Assembly (NCBI GenBank): GCA_951406725.2
Contig: OX597815.1
Location: 142,042,001-142,106,000 of the forward strand
DNA length: 64,000 nt
Source: Octopus vulgaris
Taxonomy: Eukaryota
Direction: 5' to 3'
Numbering within the stretch: the stretch's first letter is position 1; each line of letters begins with the position of its first letter. Positions 11,180 to 25,643 of the stretch are shown here, one piece after another. The translations under genes were made by a program, and so were the position numbers. The notes below the pieces were generated by a model. That model did not search any database. It was not told the DNA's origin and worked only from the letters and a program-made list of their open reading frames with translations.

Positions 11180-12262
11180 TTGGGTTATCCCATAAATAAT
11201 ACAGGCGTTTTATACTTCTATTTTTCAAAATCACGATACAGTTCTTTTTTAATCTAAAATAAATTCTCCTTCACTTCATTTTCTACAGTTCTTTTCCATC
11301 TATTTGGTAGACTTTCAAGGCCTCCCACTTCCAAAAATTCGTTTGTCCGTGACGAGAAATACTCCTCCAATCCTGTTCTGATCTCATCTAGAGAATTCAT
11401 ATTTTTCCCGCCCAAATGATTTTGAAGACTACGAAATAAATGATAATCAGATAGGGCGATGTCCGGCGAATATGGTGGGCGCGCATCATGTCCCATTCAA
11501 ACTGCTCCAGCCTTTGGAATGTTATCTTCGCTGTATGTCACCGAGTAAAATCCTGATGGAAAGAAACACTTTCGTCTTGAAACAAAAGCTGGTCGATCAG
11601 ATCGCACTAGATCTTCTTTGTTATCGTTTGGTTTAGGTTTAAAAGTTTAAAGTTAAATGAAGTGAACAGTCATATCCCACCAAACATATAACAACACCTT
11701 GCGTGGGTGAAGACCTTTAGCCTGGGGTGCCGGTGTTTCTCCATTCCCAACCCACTGTCTTCTGCGCTTAATATATTTATAGAAAACCATTTATCAACCA
11801 GTCACTATTCGTACCAGAAAGGTTTATTCGTGAGACGTGACAGCAAAGACGAGCATTCATTCACTCTCCGCATGCAATTAGACTCCGAAAGTTTGTGAGA
11901 AAATCCCTGACTCACTTTGCTGCCTTTTCCGATGGCACCGGTTGGCGATGAAAGGTTGAAGGACCAAATCCAAGCTTATCTGCTAGTTACTCAACAGTTA
12001 ATATGACCCGTACTTTCCGTCGTGTTATTGCCCTTCTTGAACTCATATAGCAAAATATACTGAATATGATCCTTTGTCATTTCAATTATAGCTTTGGAAA
12101 AATAATTATTAACATAGAACTACTATCTTCAACACATGCGCGAAGATAAGGACAACATACAATTAATACCTGTAGCAAGTTGATGCAGGTAGTTTATCCT
12201 GCCCACCTCTGAATTTTAGATCATGCAATTGAAAGAACCGCATAATTTATGGGATGACACAA
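11180..12262 (-). mobile_element. mariner transposon (DD34D type), decayed
   Basis: TIRs TTGGGTTATCCCATAAATAAT / ATAATTTATGGGATGACACAA flanked by TA at 11178 and 12263. ORF fragment PPYSPDIALSDYHLFRSLQNHL is the YSPDLAPSDY motif. Confidence 0.92.
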
Positions 12263-12369
12263 TATATTTATGCATGTATATACACACACACACACACATA
12301 TATATATATGTATGTATAGAGTGTTAGAGGAGGTATATTAATATATATATAAGTATATATGTATATATA

Positions 12370-12433
<64 letters not shown>

Positions 12434-12949
12434 TATAGATATGTATATATCTTTTAGTAGTTTACCCATGTACTCATTTCAGGCATGCAACTGCGCTGAT
12501 ATTGTTGCACCATCTTGGTATTGCTGATTCCCTTCAGCTAGAGCTTTTCACATCACTGCTCCTATATATACCTTTGTCTCAGCTGTTGGCAGATTTTGTG
12601 TATAAGCGAATACGCTTCCCTCATCTGTACCTCATGTCGGACAGTCGCTTCATCGGTTATTGTGGAGAAAAGGATGTCTAGTTCTTTTTCGGAGACTTCT
12701 ACTTCCACCTTATGCAGATTTCCTTATTTTTATGGAAAGACATGGAAGAGGTGTGAGGGTTTGAACCCTAGTCTATTGCAGTACCTGGTCGTGAATTTGG
12801 GTCGCGTGGATAAAATATACCCCATCATCAGAGACGATATGGAAGAGTTAAATAGAAGGAAATAGTAGGGTTCGATATAAGAAGTTATATTGGAAAGAGA
12901 GATATATAGGAAGTGTAAAGGCAAATATAATAAGAATAAAAATGAAGAT

Positions 12950-13467
12950 ATTAAACTGGACGCAAGAAGATTAAAAGATAGAAGATTTAAAATATATTAT
13001 TAAATCAGTCACAAGAAATGAAACAAGAAGAGCCCGAGATGCATGACGACAGGCTTGAAGACATGGAAATGAAGAGGAGAAGCTCATTGCTCAAAGTGCA
13101 GATATCCAAAGGCAGTGAGCAGCAGAAAGTGACCATGAGGAAATAGAATATAACGCAGGGGGGAGAATAGAGGATCTAAGAATAAGAGCATCACAAATGC
13201 GCCAAGATGCAACAGAAAAGCAAACAGCTGAGAGGAAAGAAGATCTAATAATAAGAACATCACAAAGGCGTCAAAATAAGATGGAAGATGCAGCAAAAGA
13301 GGGGACAGAAGATCTAAGAATGAAAGCATCACAAAGGCAACAAGATGAAAGGGAAGAGAAAGCAGCCAGCACAAAGGAGAGAAATCGAAAGATAGAGAAC
13401 AGCGCAAATGTGCCAAGGTGTAACGAAAACACAGGCAGCAGGAGAGATGGTCTAAGAGAGAGAGAGT

Positions 13468-13504
<37 letters not shown>

Positions 13505-16500
13505 TAAGATTAGAGAATGAAACTGAAGAAAGAAGCTAATGTTCGCAGAGAGCAAATAACGAGTAGAATGGAAGAATTAATTTATACTGAAAAGGAAGAA
13601 CGAAGATATAATCGATGCAAACGCCATGACAATTTTCCGAAGAGTTAGATATTATGTAAATTTAGTAAATAATCATACTTAAAATGAAGGCAATGTATAG
13701 ATTCATAACTGTGTTGGCATGAAGACATTGTGTAAGTTTTGTAGAACCAAACATTTTGTTTCAGAGCGACCATCAGACGGATTCTTTAATAGATGCTGCC
13801 ACAAAGGGTAATTCCCGCATCCAGTTAGAAGAGAATTTTCTCCATACATACGATTTCTGTTTTCATACACTCAATATCCACATTATTGTAACTTCAAAAA
13901 GAATATACGGTCATACAACTCTGCTCTTTCTTTCGCATCTATGGATGTTCACATTGATGATTGACAAGGACGAAATCTATTCAGCTTCACAGTGCACGGC
14001 CAAATTTATCGCAGAACTTCGCACACGCATCATGTTGAGGACCAACAGAAGCAATTTGCCCAACTGTATGTTCTTGATAGCGTTCAAGCCACCACAACGC
14101 GGGCTCAGAATGCAACAAAGGAAAGATGTATACATGAGGCGATGCACATATTGGAGGAGATTATTAGAGACTACAATGCCAATGCTGCAAACTACAGGAC
14201 ATTACGAGAAGTAGAACTGCATGAGGATCAGCATGCCCAACAGGTACAGAGGCCTATCTGTCGTAAATTTAGTCTGTCGTAAATTTAGTCTTCAGCAGGG
14301 ATCACACTACTGATAGGCGGAAAAGCTTTTTACCAACAGTTACTGAAATAGTTATGGTCTTCAGCAATACAGATGGCGGACCATCATTCCATAGAGGTTT
14401 CAAGGATTACCCAAGAAACTATGAAGTCCCTGTAATCAGTCAGAGCATTATTAGTCCCAACCTCAACCCAGTGACAAATTTATTGACCTTTCTATATGGT
14501 GAGCCATGCTGGCAACCACATGTGATTGGTAATAAGAATTGAGGAAACTCAAGGCAAAATGTTATAATGCACCAACTTAAAGTATCTCTTACAGCTGTTA
14601 GATATGGTGAATTCAACCCAGTTATTCATGGAGGCAATTTTTTCCAGCAATGGGCAATAAACCCTTACCTGCAAGTCGAAGGTAACAATATAAATTTTGA
14701 GGAACTATCAACATATGTTGAAAGCAGAACAATACTATGGTCTTGCTGATCATTTACGGAATACTGCTAATGCTGCAAATGCTCAAGGAGTACGCACAGT
14801 TACATTGCCTTCAACATTTCAAGGCTCTCTTAGAAATATGCATGAGCGTAATTAAGACGCTATGGCTATTGTGCGTATATGAGGTCCTCCTGGTATCTTC
14901 CTCACCATAACCTGCAATAATAATTGGCAGGAAATTAGAGGGAATTTACTTCCCGGCCAAATATCATCATATAGACCGGGCTTGATGGCCCATGTATTCA
15001 GTATAAAGCCGCATAATCTCTTGAATTGCATCAATAAGAAACATATATTTAGAAGAGTTATTGCTTACTACTATACCATTAAATTTCAAAAGAAGGGCTT
15101 ACCACATGCCTTCCTGTTGATCATTTTGCACCCGGATAATAAATTGGATTATCCTGAAAGAATTAATCAAACTGTCTGTGCCGAGATCCCTGATACCGTC
15201 AATAAACCCTTACTACATGATACAGTAAAAAGGTGCATGATCCATAGGCCCTGTGGTGATCTCAAACCTACTGCACCATGCATGGAAAATAACAAGTGTC
15301 TTAAAGAATTTCCAAAGCAGTATGAACAAGTGATACAAATAAACCCAAACAGAAACCCGTTGTGCAGGCGACGTCGACAGGCATTAGTTCGAGTTAGCAA
15401 CCATGCAAATGACAACCAATATGTAGTGCTCTACAATAAATATATGTGCCATAAGTTCAATGCTTATATGTGTGTTGAGATTTGTCTCTTCGTCTCCTCT
15501 GTGAAATATATTTACAAGTATATCTACAAGGGATAGACATCAATGAAACAACTTAAAACAATGACATAGTACATGATGAAGTATGCACCCATTTCGATGC
15601 TAGGTATGTGAATGCTCCTGAAAGAATGTGGCTGCCTATTGAGAATAAAATGCATGACAGATCTCATTCAGTTATTCGTCTGCCTGTCCATCTGCCACAA
15701 GAGCAACTTGTATACTTTGAAGAGAGTCAAGAGAGACACGCACTTGAGAGAGCAACACAGAACAACACACCACTGACAGCTTAGTATCTACTGAATGAAA
15801 CATGAAAATGCCGGGAACATGCATTACTCGGATATTCCGTACAATTATGTCTTCAACAAACAGACTACTGTATGGAAGCGTAGACAAAGAAACGGCGATA
15901 AAGTCATCTACCGACTGTACAAAGTTAGCCAGAAGGATGAGGAACGATTTTACTTGAGACTGTTGTTGATGCACGTTACTGAAGCTCGAAGTTATGAGGA
16001 TATGAAAACAGTAGGTTGTTGTAGTCTGCAACTCTTTCAAAGAAGATGCTCTCTTAAAGAAGTATAGTTCAAAATGATGAACAACGGCAAAGATTCATAG
16101 AAGTGTCCCTTACAGGTATGCCATTCCAGCTAAGACAACTGTTTGCTTTTATCTGCATGTTCAACACTCCAGCTAACTCTTCACAGCTGTACCACCGGTT
16201 TCAGGAGGACATGATTAAGGATTTCCCAAGAATTAACACTCGAGAGGTGGCCATCCAGAGAGTTAATGTTGAGACAACACTGCGAGTAAATAGGCTATGT
16301 TGCAGAAGTTTACATTATCCAGTCCTACATTATCCAGCAGCTTTTCATGAAAAAAAATACTGAAAAGAACAATGCTGAAGGAGTTGATATTGAGCAGCGC
16401 ATTGCAGCCTTCACTGAGGCTGAGTCATGTCTATGAACACATTGCTGCGATTATCAATGATGATGAAAGTCAATGTAGATTATTTTTCCTGGAGGTGCAG

Positions 16501-16625
16501 AAAAGGCCTATCTGTACAATACATTGATATCTTCTCTAAGAAGGCAAAGCAAGTATGGCCTTCCCTATGCTACTACAGGTATAGCTGCGGATTTGCTTAT
16601 TGATGGAAGGACTGTTCATATTAGA
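12950..16625 (+). pseudogene. Helitron Rep/Helicase pseudogene, 3'-truncated within the helicase
   Basis: Fragmented ORFs: HGQIY, FAQLYVLD, FLTITCN, HUH-region KFQKKGLPHAF (15081-15113), Y2 motif YIYKYIYKG (15507-15533), ERFYLRLLL, PIF1-like ATTGIAADLLIDGRTVH (16569-16619). Many stops and frameshifts. Confidence 0.93.
13165..13400 (+). repeat. about 69-bp (23-aa) degenerate tandem repeats in the Helitron N-terminal region
   Basis: GATCTAAGAAT..AGCATCACAAA recurs three times; EDL...SQR recurs with a 23-aa period in ORF 13197-13469. Confidence 0.7.
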
Positions 16626-16744
16626 TCAAGCTACATAGGTATATTAAATCTAACAATTTGCGTATGTAATACAAAATATGCATGTATGTAGACATGCAAA
16701 ACTTGAGTAAACAAAGATTCTCTGTTTCTCATCTATCGTGGACT

Positions 16745-16783
<39 letters not shown>

Positions 16784-16817
16784 CACACACACACACACAC
16801 ATAGACAGACACATACA

Positions 16818-17000
16818 TGCTGTCTGATCAATAAGAATCCGGTCTGTTGCTATAGTAACAAAGCTGAAAGACTTAGATTTAAGCGCTTGGTGTGGATTGA
16901 CCTTGAACTCTGTTGTGCATGCGCACCAAGTTTTAAGTTCTAGATCACCTCTGAAGTTTACAGCAGGGCTTGGACCTAATATGCCTAGCGTGTGTTCGTC
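16818..17000 (+). mobile_element. mariner 5'-end fragment
   Basis: GTCTGATCAATAAGAATCCGGTCTGTTGCTATAGTAAC...AAGTTTTAAGTTCTAG aligns with both ends of the element at 35016-35897. Confidence 0.7.
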
Positions 17001-17003
17001 GTA

Positions 17004-17915
17004 CTAATCAGCAAATTCAGAATATTTACTGAGAATATGCACTTTCAGCTTTTCTTCAAAATTGAAGCCGCTTGAAACGAAATGTTCAGCAAGTTCTGTC
17101 GAACTACAGTTATTCTGCCTGACGGCATTTATCCTTTTGTTTAATTGTTCTGTTGTGCAACCGACATAAATTAAGTTGTGTTTCGTGCATTCTGCAGCGT
17201 ACACAAAATGGGAATCTTTACATGTTCCACCTTCTGTATAAATCATAACATTTCTGTTATGATTTCTGATGGAATTCACTTCACTCATGTTGTTGCACAA
17301 TCAACAGGGCTTAACTCTCTTGCGGCTATTCTTTAAAGTACAACGTGTTGATACTCCAATGTTTGTTTTCTTGGAGTCCGATATACAGGTCAATAATTCT
17401 CTTATATTCTTATTCCGTCTAAAGGCTACAATAGGCGGCTGAGAAAATATCTGTTTGAAGCGAGAATATTTTTTCGCTACATGCGGGTAACTTTCAAGCA
17501 ACACATTTGAAATGCCAGCGAAATGTCGGTGCCGGTTAATCACTAAATGAATTCAGCCATCTATTGTATTATGTTTGCTAAAATTATGTGTATAGCTAAT
17601 CTTAGCTATTTCATTTGTTAGTTCCTATAATCGTGATTCACTGTAACCGCGTTTGACATAATGACATACAAAAGCATTTGCATGTTTCCAGTAATCTCCT
17701 ATGTCTGTACAAATCCATTTTATCCTCAAAAATTTGGATTTCGGATTCGACCGAATAAGATGATGTGGATGATAGGAGTGGTGGTGGAGATAAATGTGGG
17801 ATGACGTGGGCTTGCAAAATAAATCTGTCGCTATTCTGCCTCCAGAAATCTTGACTTGTGTATCCAAAAATTCAACGCTAGTTTTTGAAAAACTAGACGT
17901 AAATTTTATGTTTGA
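17004..17915 (-). mobile_element. Penelope-like element 3' part (RT thumb + GIY-YIG), decayed
   Basis: FLDTQV...TDLFCKPT..HIYL...SYHPHH...FLRIKWICT, PPIVAFRRNKNIRELL, FVYAAECTKHNLIYVGCT..LNKR. Confidence 0.92.
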
Positions 17916-17929
17916 CTTATTACGTAAGG

Positions 17930-18640
17930 TTTCTGCGTGGCTTGCACCTCAAAATCCATAAACTCAAACATCCCAAACTAAAAAAAGAATTTACAACCAC
18001 AAGCCCTACCATATATGTCCACACACAAACCTCTTAACAATGAAGCGTTCGGCACCATCCTCCAGAATATCCTCCCACGGAAAAAGGACCACAGAATGAA
18101 TTTAATTTTCAAATCGCACACTATCTGGCCGAGCAAAACAAAACCCAAATCTATGAAAAGTTTTCTAACACCAACCCAAGTACATTCGATAACAACACCG
18201 AAGCCGTCAGTAAAAAAATGCGAAATTCCTAACTGTGGTATATACGTCAACTTAATTCAGGGATCAGAGTTCTCTTTCAAACAGGACAAACGTTTTACAG
18301 TGTAAAGCAACTTCATATGTGCTTCAGAGAACCTAACTTGCTGTGGGTGTCGAGAGCAATACATAGGCCAAACGAAAATCAGACTACGTCGCAGGATGGC
18401 TCTGCATAGATCTCAAATCAAAATTCGGAGATACAGAAGAATAGCATTTATCAAACACATCGACATTTTCACCGCTAACAAACCACCCATCTTCAGAATT
18501 TTTCTCGTCTATAAATTCAGCGACGATGCAACTTGTAGTCAGCGCATTAGCAAAGATTCCTATTTTATCACAAAATACAAACCCCTTTTCAATGCGTCCA
18601 CCACAAATAACACTACTACAAGGGCCTTAGAATAATACCC
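17930..18640 (+). mobile_element. second Penelope-like element 3' part (GIY-YIG), decayed
   Basis: KKCEIPNCG...FICASENL..CCGCREQYIGQT..LRRRMALHRSQI...ITKYKPLFN. Confidence 0.88.
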
Positions 18641-18825
18641 ACGCAAATATTAAAAACAATATATTTGGAGCAGTCACAACCCATGAATTTCTTCAGAATA
18701 ATTCCAATCAATACTATTACAACCACAGCAGGTCACTTGACGATTTAGCAGGATTTCATCAGCATTCTACTACTGTGATACCACTCGCTTATTTTTATTA
18801 TACTTTCTCTTCTTTTCCTACTCCC

Positions 18826-18980
18826 TCTTCTTCTTCTTCTTCTTCTTCTTCTTCTTCTTCTTCTTCATCTTCTTCTTCATCTTCTTCTTCATCTTCTTCA
18901 TCTTCTTCTTCATCTTCTTCATCTTCTTCTTCATCTTCTCCATCATCTTCTTTTTCTTCTTCTTCTTCTTCTTCTTCCTC
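18826..18980. repeat. (TCT)n/(TCA) microsatellite
   Basis: Directly visible; source of the poly-Ser ORF. Confidence 0.95.
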
Positions 18981-19565
18981 TGTTTTGCCTGCTTCCTCGA
19001 CTATTACTACTGCTTAAACAATAAAAACCATGAATTCATATCAAATACACTTTTAAGATTTCTACAACCTACTACCTGCTACGAAGACTTCACAGAAATA
19101 AAAGAGAGACAGACAGACAGAAAAAAGGAAAAAAAAATTGAAAACTATGGAAATATAAAAAAAAACAAAAACATTTCATTTAATTTTTCCACAATTTAAT
19201 TTTTTTTATATTTTTCTCCAAGTTGAAAAAGCTGCAAAGCCTGAAACCGGTACTCAAATGTACTTCATGATAAAATTATCTAAGCATTTTCTACCTTTTC
19301 ATGTTTTCCTTATACATATCAACTCTTGTGTTCCTTTTCAGCCTTCTACATACACATATGCATATACACACACGCACACATACACACACATATATAAATA
19401 TATTATTCGTAGTGTACAATATCATATATCTATGACGTACTAGGCATATAATGCTGTACACTTCGATTAATATACCCACTCGATTGATAGATATACGAGT
19501 GCATTATTTGCAGAGTTACACGCTCTTACAAGCACACACACAGATGCGCACATACACACATAGTC

Positions 19566-19596
<31 letters not shown>

Positions 19597-20740
19597 CGTG
19601 TTTGTGATTTTGATTGTCAACACATGTTGCTAAGGATAGTTGGGTATATTCCTTCACTATATGCCTGTGATATGGTGCCCTAATTAGCTTCTTGCTTGTG
19701 AAAAAGTGGTGTCGTTGTCACTTACTTTCAACTGTAGAATAGCCTCCAATCTCTGAGAAAAACATCTATAATCATAGTATCTTGTTACATCTGCCAACAA
19801 TATCAGCACGACATTTTCACCTAAGCAGCATTTGACCATGTGCTTTAGTAGTAAGATAACTGAGACATCTCTATCAGTTTCGTAGACGAAATAAATAGTG
19901 CCATATTTATATATCATCAAATAGTTGAAGTGAAATATGATATTTTGTAAGAAGTCTATAAAGTCTTGCTACGTTGATGTCACTGTTACAATTTATGCTA
20001 ACCCGTACGCTTTGACCAACTATTGTTTCATCATCTGCTTACAATATGTGTGTGTACATCAGGTAATTTAATTACATTAATCTCGAAATGTTCTGCTTTT
20101 GACGCAACAGTGTTTTTACTTCCATTCATAGACACATTGTCAGACGCATACGACTGAAAATAGATATATTTAACAGACACTAATATATGTGATATTATAT
20201 AGGCATAGATATTCAGAGATATTCACAGGTGTAGTAGAACATTGAGCTTACCTATAACAATAATGATATGTGCGTGAAATTATTGTTTTTCCTGACGTGA
20301 ATTTACAACGCATATTGTCTTTATATCTCCTTAGTATTCACGTGGCGACATTGTATCTGATTTGTGCATAATTCCAAGTACAAACACATGCGAAGCGCAT
20401 ACAGATACGCGCATAACTAAATTCATGATAGAAACTACTATCTATTTATTATAATAATTTTATATGAGTTGCTTATTGAAAAATATTATACCGAGGTGTG
20501 GAGACAGACTGACAATTATCTTTTTATTTGGTTAACACGTATGTTTAAACGCAGTTTGTAAATGTATCACCTCAGATGCTAAAGTAACTGGTTAAATTCC
20601 ATATACCAATTTTTAATCGAAACTTCTATTCTTCACTACACTCTAGGTCGGTTTTCGCTGGCTCTTTCTGATGCTACAGATAGCCGAAAAATCCAGAGGT
20701 TCACAAGCTAATATAATCATTCTACCTACACATACAAAGA

Positions 20741-20772
<32 letters not shown>

Positions 20773-21791
20773 ATAGAGAAAAATATAAATGAAACACGTG
20801 CAAAATGTGAGGGAGATTATGCAGAAAGATTCAAGCAAGCAAATAATATAAGATCGAAACGAAAAAGACGTGGTAGTAGCAGCATAGGATAATTAAAGAA
20901 AACAACAACTAGAGAAGAATATGTACAATATGTTGAATAGGATAAAAGAGACGAAAGTTGAAATACAATCTAAAACAGTGTGACCATATATGGGGAGAGA
21001 AGCCGAACACAGTGTGTAGAACACTAACTCTCTTAAGCATTACCAAGAACCTATTCCCACTTTTAACAGTCGAGTCTCTGAAGCTTGAACGTTTGACCAG
21101 GCATGCATGATATACGTCGCCACGCATGTGGTACAAGTCACAGCAACGCTTCAACACAAACTAAATGAAAAGAAAAATTACATCGGTTTAACAAAAAGAC
21201 GGCACATCAATAAAAGTAAAGCTTTTGAGTATGGAGTTTGAAGGTTCACTGCACACCACAATAAACAGAAAATAAAATACAGGAATCCATGTCATATGTA
21301 ACATATATAAGAAATGCAACTTATGCGTAGCTCAAAAATCCCACATTTTTTAGCTGTAAAAATTCCACCGCACTATTTAACTCCATATCCGAAATATTTA
21401 GCCGATGCAAGCATATGGGCAATTTCTTTCGGTGAACTGGAAGTCACAAATCTCACCGGATTAAGCAACTACCTCGCAGATTTTGAATTTCTCTCTGGTC
21501 AAATATTCCACAACAACTGGTTTAATTATGACTTCTATTGCGGAAATGGTATGTAACACTATTTTTTTTTCTTTTCTACTTTATTTCTTCATTATTACAC
21601 TTTGCCCATTTTGCATCAGCATTCTTGAGATTAATCATGTAGCAGAGTCCTTATTTTCAAACATAACAGACCGTAAGATCGGAGGCACATACTATGCCGA
21701 GAAACATGTCTTCCCAGCATGAAACTATTAGCCGCTCGTATTTTTATACTGTGTATATTAAATGAAATATGTATAAACACACACACACACA

Positions 21792-21843
<52 letters not shown>

Positions 21844-22437
21844 CATGCATACACATGTGCCTATTTTCTGCGTATATGTGACTATATATATATATATATG
21901 TATGTATGTATGTATATGCACATGCATATATCTGCGTACATGTAACTATATATATATGTGTGTGTATGCATGCATGCGTACCTAGAAAGAGATACGTACG
22001 CGCGTGCGCACACACATAATACATGTTTATACGAGAACTGTGTGTATCTCTTCTTTATATATACGGATGAAAAGTGAATTTTTGCTATGACTTTACATGT
22101 CTTTGTGTATATTTATACGAACAGCTCTCTGTTTCTATTCATGTATTCTTTTGAATAACTACTTTACATTCGTTCGTTACCGGAAGTGCATTTATATATA
22201 TTGAGAACAAAATTCTTTACAGGGATTTTTTTTTCTCAATTTCACCGGAACTATCAATTCCGTGAAAAATTGTCTCCATTGTAATCATATTAAGTTATTT
22301 CTATGTTCCCGTTTTTCTTTAATCAAAACATATTCAAGCCTCCAACCGGCCATAATCTAGTCCAAAGTATGCAAGCATTCACATACACACAAATACACAC
22401 ACACTCCCACAAAGACTCTCTCACACATACACACACA

Positions 22438-22494
<57 letters not shown>

Positions 22495-22638
22495 GTGTGG
22501 AGATGATGAATAGAAAATCTGAAGAATCTACTAGAGTAGATGCAAGCGTTGATATATGATTTATAAAAACATGTGATATATTAATAGAAATCTGTAAATG
22601 TAAAACCATCCAGATTTCTGAGTACCTTATTTTTTCTA

Positions 22639-22706
<68 letters not shown>

Positions 22707-24014
22707 TAACGCCTATTCTGCTCGAAGTTTCTTGCACCGAATTTCTGCCCTTCTTGAGCATGATATGAAGGGGAACAGAATCTTCTACTCTTTGTATATG
22801 TACTGACTGTCTGCCGTTTTAGCAAATATAATTGACATCGCATGTGATATGGTTGTACAGAGTTTTAGCAGAAGTATTAAAAATATATAAAGAAATAAGG
22901 AATTTGATAATCATGATATATCTTTTAAAAAGTGGCTTGGAAACGAAACTTTTATGTTTCACAAGTTGAGAATTACTCTCCGTGCTATTTCACAGGTCCA
23001 AAAGAAGTAATATGACAATCGGAGAAGCACAAACTGAAAAATACCAGTCAATCACAATCAAACAAGCTTTGAGACGACATCATAAATAATTACAACAGAT
23101 GTTGATTTATTATTGATTATTGATTATTGAATTCATTAATTCAACTAGCGTATTATTTACGTCTCATAATCGAAGAACCAGGCAGAAAGACATTTCAGAA
23201 ATTATATATGCACATTCGCAAATGATATAGTCTCTTGTGGGTACATTAGTAGCTTTCCTCTATTTTTTATAACAATTTTTCATGAGAGCTGTAAAATTAT
23301 TGTTAACTAGATTATACAGCTTCCGCGAAGCTATTACTTGTTACAGATTTAGGGTTTTGTCTAAAAAGCATTTTTACTCAAAGCTACAGGGAATATAATT
23401 TCAGTGTTAGAAAGTTATAATTATATCGTTCTTAATTATTCAATAACATAATATGATTTTTCAGAAATCGAATATTTGGTGTCATAATCATAGACGTAAA
23501 ATACTTTACGTCTTTCTCCAACATCGTCCATATTAATGAATCTGTACGCACTTTGTTCTGTTACAAAATATAGATCAAATCACCAATTTCGCTAATCGTA
23601 GTGGAGTGTGATTGATCTTCCCCAAAACTCTTTTCCAGAAAAGTCTCGCCGAATTCCAACATCCCGATAGTTGGTGTTTTTGTTACCTATGAACATACCT
23701 CTTAACCTGCCGTCTGCTTTTTTACAGTAACCACACACCAGACGTCTTTCCACCTCGAACAATACAGAACAGTCACCATATGTTACTCCATAACACTTAT
23801 CTCTGAAGAGCGCAGTGTTACATGCTCAGGCTGTTACCAAACACCTCATTTAACTCGAAATGCAAAACCGATTGATAAGATCGGCTGTAATGCATATATA
23901 ATACTGTACAATTCGATTAATCTACCGCTCAACTGACATATATGAACACGTAGACAACTTACATACACACACAGACACAGACACACACACAACACACATA
24001 TATATTTATTTATA

Positions 24015-25643
24015 CAGTATTTCACAGAAGTATGTAGTCTCCTAAAAATGTTCAGTAAAATTGCCATTACTCTGATAATATCGAAAGAAATCAAGCCAAA
24101 TTTATACTGAATAACATATATTATACATTTAAACATTGTATAAATTTGGAAGATAAAACAATAAATATTTTCAAAGGTATGAACGAAATATTAATTTTCG
24201 AAGGATACAAATATATGTACCCCCTAAAGTATCATTTGCTATATTCAATATTTGGTGTGACCCCCACCCTACTTGCTTTCAATGCATTAAGGCTTCTGGG
24301 CATAGAGGCGACTAAATTTCCGCATGTAACCGAATAAATCGACCTCCATTCATCCCGCATGATATCTTTCAACCGTGTAACATTGCGGGCCTTTTTCTCC
24401 TTAACATTCCTTCTCAAAACAGCTAACAGATGTTCCATTGGGTTTAAATCAGGTGACATAGTAGGGAAAGGCAATACCTTTGCTTTTTTTCTTATTAAAA
24501 AAAACTTAGTCGTCATATTTGAAGAGTGTTTAGGGTCATTATCATGCTGGAACACGGAATGTCTTTCTAGTTCTTTGATGCTTTTCAACATTGTTTCCTA
24601 CAATACCTTACAATAAAGCCTTGAAATCATTGTTCTCTCAATAAATGTGAGTACTCTTACACCATCCGCACTTATGCGTCCCCAAAGCATAACATTTCCG
24701 CCACCGTGTTTCACGGCAGTCTCTGTACATTTTCGCTATCATTTTTATCTGGTCGCCGTCATACTCGTTTAATACCATCTGACCGAAACAAATTCATTTT
24801 AATCCCGTCAAGAAAGGAATTTTTATTCCTAAACTTCCCCATCTTCACATAGACTTCGGTATAAGAAACACGATTTGGTCTATGCCTGGTAGTGAGGAGA
24901 GGCTTCCTACGAGGGATGCGCCTATGAAGACCATACTTGTTCAAACTTCGGTGAAGTGTTTGGGCGGATACACCCTTTCCATTAACAGAAGACACTTCTT
25001 GGGCAAAAGATGAAACGGTACGACGCCTGTCATCCATCACGCAAATTTGGATATGGCGAAGATCACGCGTAAATAAAATAGAAGGACAACCTGGGCGATA
25101 TTTATTGTTTAGCCGTCCAGTAGCTTTGTTATTCTGAATTACTTTGGTAACTGTGTTTACGCTAATATGTATTCGATTGCTAATTAAATTGTATCCTAAA
25201 CCATTCTTGTGCAAATTAAAAATAATTTTCTTCAAATCTTCAGACACGTCTTTTCCTTTTGGTGTCATTTTAATCACAATGAAGATTGTCACCACAGTAC
25301 ACAAATCAGAATTTCAGCTGGTACAATAACAATGACCGGTGCAAAAATGTCAAGAGAAATAATTTCTAAGAATTGAAATCATGAGAAATATCTGAATTTA
25401 GTAAAATAATTGAATAAAATAATGAATATAGCGAATATTCTCTTTAGGGTGTACATATTTACGTAACGTTTGAAAATTGATATTTCGTTCATATCTTTGA
25501 AAATATTTACTGTGTTCCAATGTTCTATAATATTTGAATACACAATATTCAGAATAAATTTGCTTTGATTTCCTTCGATGTTATCGAGTAATGACAATTT
25601 TACTGAAATTTGTTAAAGCTGAACGTACTTCTGTGATATACCG
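24015..25643 (-). mobile_element. Tc1-family transposon (DD34E) with long, about 230-bp, inverted repeats
   Basis: TA-CAGTATTTCACAGAAGTA... and ...TACTTCTGTGATATACCG-TA ends; about 24015-24248 is inverted to about 25424-25643. Paired-like N-terminus (24759-25304), HGGGNVMLWG, FQHDNDPKH and SPDLNPMEHL. Frameshifted. Confidence 0.93.

Noticed and set aside
19684-19920. Minus ORF with faint cadherin-like words (DRD, DY, LKVSDND)
   Set aside because: Spacing and conserved residues do not fit a cadherin repeat, and there are no neighbouring repeats.
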